This document shows, piece after piece, positions 7,635-13,600 of a stretch of DNA of 34,556 bases. Both the position numbers and the translations under genes were made by a program. The stretch lies in NCBI GenBank assembly GCA_045537675.1, contig JAZSPX010000176.1:1-34556 (forward strand). Reading direction: 5' to 3'. The stretch's first letter is position 1. Each line of letters opens with the position of its first letter. Source of the stretch: Candidatus Faeciplasma sp. GTDB lineage: Bacteria > Bacillota > Clostridia > Oscillospirales > Ruminococcaceae. The notes beneath the pieces were generated by a model. That model saw only the letters and a list, made by a program, of their open reading frames with translations, had not been told where the DNA came from and did no database searches.

Positions 7635-8066
7635 TTATTTACGGAAGCTTGAAGCCGAAAACTGCGAGATTCCGTATCCCGAATCGTTATCAATAAATAC
7701 AAATGAAATATCGAACTCTGTCCCGTCGTTTAATGTAACAATGCCGCCAAGCACCAAGCGCTTGCCATCAACGCTGCTGTGATAATAAGACGACTCGATA
7801 CTGTTATAAAAAATCTTATAAAGCCCTGTAGACAAATCAGCCCCTAAATTTGCAGACTCCTCGGTAAACTTTTGCATATACTCAGCATCAATAGGCGACT
7901 CGGGGTGCACGTAAGAAACGGCACCTTCATAGTCGCCATTGCTAAGGCACAAAAGCAATTCGTTTGCCTGGGTTTTAGCTTCATCGGTCGGTATGCACGC
8001 CGCCATTAAAACGACAACCGCCAGCAAAGCAAACGCTACAGCACATTTTCTTAACAACGACTTCAT
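7635..8066 (-). CDS. Putative lipoprotein, function unknown
   Basis: MKSLLRKCAVAFALLAVVVLMAAC is a signal peptide with lipobox LMAAC. Start at ATG 8066, with GGGAGAG upstream. Confidence 0.7.
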   Translation of the reverse strand: MKSLLRKCAVAFALLAVVVLMAACIPTDEAKTQANELLLCLSNGDYEGAVSYVHPESPIDAEYMQKFTEESANLGADLSTGLYKIFYNSIESSYYHSSVDGKRLVLGGIVTLNDGTEFDISFVFIDNDSGYGISQFSASSFRK

Positions 8067-8099
8067 TATACGCACTCTCCCTGCCAAATTTATAATTAA

Positions 8100-8127
8100 A
8101 TTATAGCAAACTGTTGAAATTTGTCAA
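8100..8127 (-). promoter_or_regulatory. Sigma-A promoter for the lipoprotein/hypothetical/PAP2 operon
   Basis: Minus-strand reading: TTGACA (8122-8127), 16 nt, TATAAT (8100-8105). Confidence 0.65.
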
Positions 8128-8252
8128 CGGTAGGGGGCGGCGTGCCGAAGGCGCGCTTGCCGTTAAGGCAAGCAGGGCCAAAAGGCGTGGCGCCCCGGTC
8201 ACGCTCCACCGCCTTCGCCCAGCCTCTTCAAGGCGCGCTACGGCGACGTCGC
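8128..8252 (-). repeat. GC-rich intergenic island B
   Basis: A 125-nt GC-rich block between the tRNA-operon terminator and the lipoprotein promoter. Its minus-strand core GAAGAGGCTGGGCGAAGGC (8211-8229) and its ..GCGACGTCGCCG.. arm align with island A. An internal hairpin is GCTTGCC-gtta-GGCAAGC. Confidence 0.45.
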
Positions 8253-8267
8253 TTGTTATTTTTGGGC

Positions 8268-8299
8268 AAAATAAAAACGCCGCGGTTACTACCACGACG
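8268..8299 (-). terminator. Terminator of the tRNA operon
   Basis: Minus-strand reading: CGTCGTGG-tagtaa-CCGCGGCG followed by TTTTTATTTT. Confidence 0.7.
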
Positions 8300-8306
8300 A
8301 TTTAAG

Positions 8307-8382
8307 TGGAGCGGATTACGAGGCTCGAACTCGCTACCTCCACCTTGGCAAGGTGGCGCTCTACCAGATGAGCTAAATCCGC
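8307..8382 (-). tRNA. tRNA-Gly (anticodon GCC), CCA encoded
   Basis: The reverse complement folds as a cloverleaf: acceptor GCGGATT/AATCCGC, anticodon stem CCACC/GGTGG with loop TTGCCAA. Confidence 0.95.
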
Positions 8383-8389
8383 AAAATAT

Positions 8390-8465
8390 TGGTGCCTCCG
8401 GTCGGAATTGAACCAACGACACGGGGATTTTCAGTCCCCTGCTCTACCAACTGAGCTACAGAGGC
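8390..8465 (-). tRNA. tRNA-Phe (anticodon GAA), CCA encoded
   Basis: Reverse complement is GCCTCTGTAGCTCAGTTGGTAGAGC... The anticodon loop is CTGAAAA between GGGGA and TCCCC. Confidence 0.95.
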
Positions 8466-8502
8466 AGACCCAATAAGCATGTCTCTTTTTCAAGAAAAAG
8501 AG

Positions 8503-8579
8503 TGGCGACCCGAATCGGGCTCGAACCGACGACCTCTAGCGTGACAGGCTAGAGTTCTAACCAACTGAACTACCGGGCC
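8503..8579 (-). tRNA. tRNA-Asp (anticodon GTC), CCA encoded
   Basis: Reverse complement is GGCCCGGTAGTTCAGTTGGTTAGAAC... The anticodon loop is CTGTCAC between CTAGC and GCTAG. The acceptor stem contains two G-U pairs. Confidence 0.9.
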
Positions 8580-8584
8580 AAAGA

Positions 8585-8660
8585 TGGTGGGAACAATAGG
8601 GCTCGAACCTATGACCCCCTGCTTGTAAGGCAGGTGCTCTCCCAGCTGAGCTATGCTCCC
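8585..8660 (-). tRNA. tRNA-Val (anticodon TAC), CCA encoded
   Basis: Reverse complement is GGGAGCATAGCTCAGCTGGGAGAGC... The anticodon loop is CTTACAA between CCTGC and GCAGG. Confidence 0.95.
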
Positions 8661-8693
8661 ATCTCTCAGCCGCCCTCAACAGGCGACTTTGAT

Positions 8694-8722
8694 ATTATAA
8701 CTAATCTATTTGAATTTGTCAA
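8694..8722 (-). promoter_or_regulatory. Consensus sigma-A promoter of the Val-Asp-Phe-Gly tRNA operon
   Basis: Minus-strand reading: TTGACA (8717-8722), 17 nt, TATAAT (8694-8699). Confidence 0.85.
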
Positions 8723-8766
8723 CACTTTTTTAAAAAGTTTTTCAGGTTTTTCAAAACTTTTTTCTT

Positions 8767-9627
8767 TTAAGGCTCACTTTCCGTTATTGCCTTAACAATT
8801 CTTTCAAACATGGGCAACGCCTCGTCAAAATTCTCTTGCATTGCCTCTTCGCTTGTCGATAAAAGCTTTGCGGGCTGACGCATGCCGATGTAGACACTTT
8901 CGGGCATAGCTTCCCACTTCAGCTTTTCACGGGTAAGGGCGCAGTTTAAAAGCATGCCTTTTTCAGTAAAACGTGCGTTATCGGGATAATCCGTTCTAAA
9001 ATCATGCATAATAAAGTCGTTTTCACAGTCCGAAATAAGCATGATATTCTCGCCCATCTGAAGCTGGCTCATAAGCTGTGCCTGGTTAGAGGTTACTGTG
9101 TTCGGGTCGGAATAGTCGGTGGAGATGTTATATACCAGAACATAAACCTCTCCGTCGCCGTTAAGGTCGTCACAATAACCTTCTAAGAAAGATTCAACCT
9201 CTTCGGAGCGATAATAAAGTGCATCGTCATAAGAAAGCACCAGCACGGTCAAATCGGGCTTGGTTTTAAACATAGCGTCGAACATTATATAGCCGAATGC
9301 AACCACGCAGAAAGCGATGAAAACGATAAGCCACTTTGAACGGTACCAGATGTTGGCCAAAGTCTCGCCAAACGAAAGCTTGGTTTCAACCTTTTCTTCC
9401 TCTCTAACTACGTCCGAGGATTCGATAACGCCCTGCTTAAGCTTCATCAGCTCAATCTTGCGGTCGTTTAAAGTCTTTTCATATTCTTTTTTTGCCCGAG
9501 CCTGCGCTTTTTCACGCTCGGCGTCAAGTCTTGCGCGTTCTTCAATCTCTCGCTTTTGTCTTTCATAAAGCTCGCGCTCAAAATCTATATCCTCTTGCGG
9601 GAGGACCTTTTTTTCATTGTTATCCAT
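8767..9627 (-). CDS. Membrane protein with a charged coiled-coil N-terminus, one TM helix and an extracytoplasmic domain; function unknown
   Basis: 286-aa ORF with an AAGGAG RBS. It has an N-terminal E/K/R-rich stretch (REIEERARLDAEREKAQARAKKEYEK), a TM segment (WLIVFIAFCVVAFGYIMF) and then a domain of about 170 aa. Confidence 0.7.
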   Translation of the reverse strand: MDNNEKKVLPQEDIDFERELYERQKREIEERARLDAEREKAQARAKKEYEKTLNDRKIELMKLKQGVIESSDVVREEEKVETKLSFGETLANIWYRSKWLIVFIAFCVVAFGYIMFDAMFKTKPDLTVLVLSYDDALYYRSEEVESFLEGYCDDLNGDGEVYVLVYNISTDYSDPNTVTSNQAQLMSQLQMGENIMLISDCENDFIMHDFRTDYPDNARFTEKGMLLNCALTREKLKWEAMPESVYIGMRQPAKLLSTSEEAMQENFDEALPMFERIVKAITESEP

Positions 9628-9693
9628 TTCAGTCTCCTTAAGCTAAGGCTGTTTAAGCGAAAAAGGGCGTGAACCCCACACCCCTCAACCAAT

Positions 9694-9721
9694 ATTATAT
9701 CACATTGTTTTTAAAAATCAA
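9694..9721 (-). promoter_or_regulatory. Probable promoter (extended -10) for the 8767-9627 gene
   Basis: Minus-strand reading: TTGATT, 16 nt, TGA-TATAAT. Confidence 0.55.
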
Positions 9722-9802
9722 GTGCGCAATTAATTCGGGCGCCGTGCGAAGGGCGCGGCGAAGCCTGTGCCCGAGCGTGGCGCCCTTCTTCCACTTAGCC
9801 CC
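9722..9802 (+). repeat. GC-rich intergenic island C, between two divergent promoters
   Basis: Core GAAGGGCGCGGCGAAGCC at 9748-9765. The 11-mer GCGTGGCGCCC (9775-9785) also occurs at 8185-8195. The inverted repeat GGGCGCC...GGCGCCC encloses the core. Confidence 0.45.
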
Positions 9803-9804
9803 TA

Positions 9805-9833
9805 TTGCTAAACGGCAAAAAACATGATATAAT
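9805..9833 (+). promoter_or_regulatory. Sigma-A promoter (extended -10) for the FTR-like/thioredoxin pair
   Basis: TTGCTA (9805-9810), 17 nt, TGA-TATAAT (9828-9833). Confidence 0.7.
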
Positions 9834-9874
9834 AAATTGAAACAAAAATTAATTTGAAAGGACGGATTCCACAC

Positions 9875-10072
9875 ATGAAAATTACCCTGAACCCCGACAA
9901 GGAAATTGTAAAAACCATTAAGGACGGACTGAAGCGCACAGGCGGCTATTGCCCTTGCAGACTGGAAAGAATTGAAGAAAACAAGTGCATGTGTAAAGAA
10001 TTCAAAGAACAGATTGACGACCCCGATTTTGAAGGATTTTGCCACTGCATGCTTTACTACAAGTCGAAATAA
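9875..10072 (+). CDS. Ferredoxin-thioredoxin reductase catalytic-subunit-like small Cys-rich protein
   Basis: 65 aa with CPC (26-28), CMC (38-40) and CHC (56-58), reminiscent of the FTR-B CPC..CPC..CHC cluster/disulfide motif. ATG 9875 is preferred over the TTG at 9854. Confidence 0.7.
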   Translation: MKITLNPDKEIVKTIKDGLKRTGGYCPCRLERIEENKCMCKEFKEQIDDPDFEGFCHCMLYYKSK

Positions 10073-10121
10073 GCCGCAATAATACAATAGGTTGTTAAAA
10101 TTTACAGGAGGTTTAAATTCT

Positions 10122-10442
10122 ATGAGCGAAATTACATTAACAAAATTGAATTTTGAAGAAGAAGTTAAGGCAAGCGAATTGCCTGTTCTGGTAGACTTTT
10201 GGGCAACATGGTGCGGCCCTTGCAGAATGGTTGCTCCCGTTGTTGCCGAAATTGCTGAGGAGCTTGAAGGCAAGCTTAAAGTAGGCAAGGTCAACGTTGA
10301 CGACGAGCCCGAGCTTACAAAATCCTTCGGCATTACAAGCATACCCACCCTTATGATTTTTAAGGACGGCGAGCTTAAAGAAACAACAGTTGGCTATAAG
10401 ACCAAGGAAGCCCTTTTGGAGCTTGTTAATAGCTATCTGTAA
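10122..10442 (+). CDS. trxA: Thioredoxin
   Basis: WCGPC active site within VLVDFWATWCGPCRMVAP. 106 aa. AGGAGG lies 10 nt upstream of ATG 10122. Confidence 0.95.
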   Translation: MSEITLTKLNFEEEVKASELPVLVDFWATWCGPCRMVAPVVAEIAEELEGKLKVGKVNVDDEPELTKSFGITSIPTLMIFKDGELKETTVGYKTKEALLELVNSYL

Positions 10443-10475
10443 CACCTTAAGCGTACAAACCATATATTGAATTGA

Positions 10476-10530
10476 AAGCGTGAAATTGGGAAACGTTAAA
10501 AAACAGGTTTCTTAATTTCACGCTTATTTT
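10476..10530 (+). terminator. Terminator after trxA (long hairpin)
   Basis: AAGCGTGAAATT pairs with AATTTCACGCTT, followed by ATTTT. The loop contains an inner GAAAC/GTTTC pairing. Confidence 0.7.
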
Positions 10531-10596
10531 ATCTTAAAATCTTTTTACCAAGGGTTCTTGGGCTGTTTAAAGAAATTTTTCGGAGGAATGCAACAT

Positions 10597-11355
10597 ATGA
10601 AAATCGTACTTTTAACAGCCCTTGGCGTGGGAGGAGCAACCGTTCTGGGTGCTGCCATTGGGTTTTTGTTCAAACCAACCTCCCGCCGATTAAGCGATGT
10701 AATTCTGTCTATCGCCGCAGGGGTAATGCTCTCGGCGGCAATAACAGGGCTGATTCTGCCCTCGCTTGAATATAGCGGCAGATTTGCCCTTTTAACCACC
10801 GTTGCAGGTGTGTTCTCGGGGGCTGTGCTGCTTGATTTAATGAACAAGGCAGTGCCCTGCCTTTGCAAGCTCACCGGGATAGATATAACCTCCTGCCCCG
10901 AAAAGCACTCACGAATAAGCAAGGTTTTGCTGTTTGTTCTGGCAATAGCGATACATAACCTGCCCGAGGGCATTGCCGCAGGTGTGGGTTTTGGCACAGG
11001 CAACACCGCCGAGGCAATGACTGTCGCCATTGGCATCGCTATGCAGAATATACCCGAGGGCATGGTTATCATCGCGCCCATGCTTTCCTCGGGCATAAGC
11101 CGAAGGCGCACGTTTTTGGTGGCTTTCGGCACAGGGTTAATCGAGGTTGTGGGCACCTTCATCGGATATTTTGCAGTCAGCCTTTCACAGGCAGTGCTGC
11201 CCTTTGCGCTGGCGTTTGCAGGCGGCACGATGATTTACGTCATAAGCGACGAAATGATACCCGAAACGCATTTGGACGAGGGCGCCCGAGGAATAACCTA
11301 TGCCTTGCTTGCAGGCTTTTGCCTGATGCTTTCGATTAGCTATTTAATGGCGTGA
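10597..11355 (+). CDS. ZIP-family divalent metal (zinc) transporter, ZupT-like
   Basis: Multi-TM protein with the HNLPEGIAAG and QNIPEG signature helices. ATG 10597 lies 10 nt after GGAGG. Confidence 0.85.
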   Translation: MKIVLLTALGVGGATVLGAAIGFLFKPTSRRLSDVILSIAAGVMLSAAITGLILPSLEYSGRFALLTTVAGVFSGAVLLDLMNKAVPCLCKLTGIDITSCPEKHSRISKVLLFVLAIAIHNLPEGIAAGVGFGTGNTAEAMTVAIGIAMQNIPEGMVIIAPMLSSGISRRRTFLVAFGTGLIEVVGTFIGYFAVSLSQAVLPFALAFAGGTMIYVISDEMIPETHLDEGARGITYALLAGFCLMLSISYLMA

Positions 11356-11362
11356 GATGAAA

Positions 11363-11402
11363 AATCACCCCGACAAGACTTCATTTGTCTGTTGGGGTGA
11401 TT
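11363..11402. terminator. Terminator between the convergent ZIP and XRE-TM genes (stronger on the minus strand)
   Basis: AATCACCCC...GGGGTGATT stem. The minus-strand reading ends in a TTTTT run. Confidence 0.7.
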
Positions 11403-11408
11403 AATTTA

Positions 11409-12413
11409 TCAGCTTTGCGCTTTTCTTCTTTTCACTCTGATAATTCCCATTACCGTAAAAACCGCACTTAAAAACAATAGAGATATTAAACAGATAAAGT
11501 GAACGTTTCCGTTCACATGCTGTCCCCAGTCATTAAAATTCACCTGATAGGAATTTTCGTTCGTGCCAAACAGCACGTTCGCAACACGATTTGTGAAATA
11601 ATAAATCGTGCTGAAAGCTACACAAATGCCTGCTTTTAAAAAAGCATCAAAGCGCAGTGTGCAGATAACGGCAGAAAGGATAACGGGCGTGAATGCAAAT
11701 AAAGTGATAAGTATTGCCGGGCCAAGCATAAACGGGTGCCAAATATGGACATTCAACAGCAGCAAAACGGTTAAAATGAAGGTCGCAGTAAAGGAGATTA
11801 AAAATTTATAGCGAGAAAGACTGCTTTTTGACAAAAAGATGGGCACAAACAATAATATATACCCCATTAAAACACCGATGCAGGCGGTTAAGAACCAAGA
11901 TAAACCATTGGTATATACAGCACAGGTGAACAACAGCAGGCAAACAGACAGGTATGTCGAAACAGAAAAAACAAGCTGTTTCTTCGACCCGAAGAAATAT
12001 GTAACCGTGGGAACGAACGTATAGGCACAAATCAGCGCCGCCAACACGATGAAGAACCAAGACAACGTGTGGTCTATGGCAAGGTTACAAATGAAACAAA
12101 CCAAAAGCGCAACGGCATAGGATATTGTCGGGGCCCAGAACCATGCGCTGCGGATCACACGGAACTTTCGTGCTTCGTGCTTCATCTTCCTTGTGTCCGT
12201 ATCGGTTGAGGCAGTAATCAATTCGTGTTCGGATATATCAAGGACACGGCAAATATCCGCAATTAAAGTAATGTCGGGGTATGATACTCCTCGCTCCCAT
12301 TTGCTGATTGCCCCTTCGGTAACAAAAAGCATTTCTGCCAAGTCTTTTTGTGAATAGTTTTTCTCGGTTCGTTTGGATTTTATGAACGAACCGAATGTTT
12401 TTTTATCAGTCAT
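11409..12413 (-). CDS. Membrane-anchored XRE-family HTH transcriptional regulator (N-terminal HTH plus a polytopic membrane domain)
   Basis: NYSQKDLAEMLFVTEGAISKWERGVSYPDITLIADICRVLDIS is a classic Cro/C1 HTH. The C-terminal 250 aa or so contain about 7-8 hydrophobic helices. GGAGGTGG RBS. Confidence 0.85.
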   Translation of the reverse strand: MTDKKTFGSFIKSKRTEKNYSQKDLAEMLFVTEGAISKWERGVSYPDITLIADICRVLDISEHELITASTDTDTRKMKHEARKFRVIRSAWFWAPTISYAVALLVCFICNLAIDHTLSWFFIVLAALICAYTFVPTVTYFFGSKKQLVFSVSTYLSVCLLLFTCAVYTNGLSWFLTACIGVLMGYILLFVPIFLSKSSLSRYKFLISFTATFILTVLLLLNVHIWHPFMLGPAILITLFAFTPVILSAVICTLRFDAFLKAGICVAFSTIYYFTNRVANVLFGTNENSYQVNFNDWGQHVNGNVHFICLISLLFLSAVFTVMGIIRVKRRKAQS

Positions 12414-12434
12414 ATCGGTCCACCTCCGCCTAAC

Positions 12435-12463
12435 ATTCTAAGTCAAGCCCGATTATCCGTCAA
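12435..12463 (-). promoter_or_regulatory. Candidate promoter of the XRE-TM gene
   Basis: Minus-strand reading: TTGACG, 17 nt, TAGAAT. Confidence 0.5.
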
Positions 12464-12477
12464 TGGACTGTCAAGCC
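12442..12477 (-). promoter_or_regulatory. Direct repeats GGCTTGAC x2 (28-bp period) plus a related ATTGAC, overlapping the XRE-TM promoter; candidate operator
   Basis: GTCAAGCC occurs on the plus strand at 12442-12449 and 12470-12477. GTCAATGG occurs at 12459-12466. Confidence 0.3.
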
Positions 12478-12492
12478 ACCCCTTATTTTGCT

Positions 12493-12819
12493 TTATTTCT
12501 TCCTGTATTTTCTTTCGATAACGGTTACATAGATAACCATTATCACAATAACCTCGAGCATGACGCCCAATGTAGAAAGCAAAATAAGCGCTGCATTGTC
12601 TGACAAGAGCGGCAAGCCCAGCAAAATAAACACAAAGCCAAAGGCGCAATAAAGCTTTGCAACAGCGCTGTTATATTTTTTCAGGTCTGTGACCTCAAAC
12701 ATTTCGGCGTTTGCCCAAAAGCCCATCGGCTTTTTCGAGAAAAACGAATATATGCCCAGACACACAAACAAAAGCCCGACCAAGCCCCACATTATAAACC
12801 CGATTATTCTTCCGGCCAT
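12493..12819 (-). CDS. Small polytopic membrane protein (108 aa), possibly DUF3784-like
   Basis: ATG 12819 lies 6 nt after GGGAGGGG. It has two N-terminal helices, a short loop (EVTDLKKYNSAV) and two more helices. The family assignment is from memory only. Confidence 0.6.
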   Translation of the reverse strand: MAGRIIGFIMWGLVGLLFVCLGIYSFFSKKPMGFWANAEMFEVTDLKKYNSAVAKLYCAFGFVFILLGLPLLSDNAALILLSTLGVMLEVIVIMVIYVTVIERKYRKK

Positions 12820-12855
12820 TTGGGTCCCCTCCCGCAAAATCAGTTTGTCGGGTTC

Positions 12856-12884
12856 ATTATATCACAACAGAGCGAAAATGAAAA
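12856..12884 (-). promoter_or_regulatory. Candidate promoter (extended -10) for the small membrane protein gene
   Basis: Minus-strand reading: TTTTCA, 17 nt, TGA-TATAAT. Confidence 0.45.
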
Positions 12885-12907
12885 GAGGGCCGCAAAACAG
12901 CCCTCTT
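12883..12907. terminator. Terminator after the ybjQ-like gene
   Basis: AAGAGGGC, 9-nt loop, GCCCTCTT. The minus-strand reading is followed by TTTCATTTT. Confidence 0.7.
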
Positions 12908-12929
12908 TAAAACTTATCGCACTATGTTT

Positions 12930-13247
12930 TTACTTGTTAACGAATTTTACAGCAGTGCCGTAAGCAATAACCTCTGCCGCACCCTGCATGATGGCAGAGG
13001 ACGCATAGCGAATGTTTACAATGGCATCTGCGCCGAGTGCTTCGGCTTCGGCAACCATTCTCTTTGTGGCGAGGGCGCGTGCCTCGTTCATCATGTCGTT
13101 ATATGCCTTCAGCTCGCCGCCGACCAAGGTTTTAAAGCTTTGTGCAATGTCTTTTCCAATATGCTTTGACTGGATTGTGCTTCCCTTTACAAGCGAAAGC
13201 ATTTCCAATTCTTTTCCGCCAATGTAATCAGTATTTACTAATATCAT
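12930..13247 (-). CDS. YbjQ/UPF0145 family protein (putative heavy-metal-binding domain)
   Basis: MILVNTDYIGGKELEMLSLVKGSTIQSKHIGKDI...AIVNIRYASSAIMQGAAEVIAYGTAV follows the YbjQ_1 pattern. ATG 13247 is preferred over GTG 13256. Confidence 0.85.
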   Translation of the reverse strand: MILVNTDYIGGKELEMLSLVKGSTIQSKHIGKDIAQSFKTLVGGELKAYNDMMNEARALATKRMVAEAEALGADAIVNIRYASSAIMQGAAEVIAYGTAVKFVNK

Positions 13248-13461
13248 CTTCTTCACCCTTCTTTATCTCGTTAATTCTTTCTATGCAAACTTTGACCGTT
13301 ACTGCCGCCAGCGCAAGAGGAATTATGCCTAAAACAAATTTCCATATGCCGCCGAGCAGGAATATTAAAAAGCCAAAGTAAACAACGTAATAAAGTATCA
13401 TGATTACCGAAACAACAATCGGTGCAATCATTTTCTTGCCGTGGTTTTTCAACTTTGTCAC
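13228..13461 (-). CDS. Small two-helix membrane protein with an acidic C-terminal tail; it overlaps the ybjQ-like start by 20 nt
   Basis: The 77-aa ORF starts at GTG 13461, with an alternative ATG at 13431. It has two hydrophobic helices followed by ERINEIKKGEEDDISKY. The RBS is weak. Confidence 0.5.
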   Translation of the reverse strand: MTKLKNHGKKMIAPIVVSVIMILYYVVYFGFLIFLLGGIWKFVLGIIPLALAAVTVKVCIERINEIKKGEEDDISKY

Positions 13462-13488
13462 CTCGTTAAGCTCAGTTGTGTTTTTTTA

Positions 13489-13518
13489 ATTATACCACAA
13501 CTATCACAGCAATGTAAA
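13489..13518 (-). promoter_or_regulatory. Sigma-A promoter for the small-membrane-protein/ybjQ pair
   Basis: Minus-strand reading: TTTACA, 18 nt, TGG-TATAAT. Confidence 0.6.
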
Positions 13519-13562
13519 CCCCCACCCGTTGTGCTGTTGCAGATTTGTCATAATTTTTAAAA

Positions 13563-13595
13563 ACTCCCAAAGCGTTTAATGCTTCGGGAGTTTTT
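13563..13595. terminator. Terminator after the 13601-14137 gene
   Basis: ACTCCCAAAGC, 7-nt loop, GCTTCGGGAGT with one mismatch. T-runs are present on both strands. Confidence 0.75.
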
Positions 13596-13600
13596 CGTGT

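Noticed and set aside
8101-8422. ORFs of 63-96 aa over island B and tRNA-Gly/Phe (8101-8295, 8114-8305, 8121-8411, 8228-8422)
   Set aside because: They overlap tRNA genes and a terminator. Their Arg/Ala/Pro-rich translations are what any GC-rich non-coding block yields.
9695-10348. 217-aa ORF on the minus strand
   Set aside because: It is antisense to trxA and the FTR-like gene and runs through GC-rich island C. Its low-complexity S/T/L-rich translation argues against a real protein. The plus-strand genes have clear motifs and RBSs.
10531-10596. Looked for a Zur box or riboswitch upstream of the ZIP transporter
   Set aside because: Only a short CCAAG-ggtt-CTTGG hairpin and weak -35/-10 candidates are present. 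Nothing resembles the AT-rich Zur palindrome.
10545-11228. 227-aa ORF on the minus strand
   Set aside because: It is antisense to the ZIP transporter gene, which carries the family's signature HNLPEG helices.
12443-12649. 68-aa ORF overlapping the small membrane protein gene in another frame
   Set aside because: It is an alternative frame of the better-supported 12493-12819 gene and extends into the XRE-TM promoter. It has no RBS.
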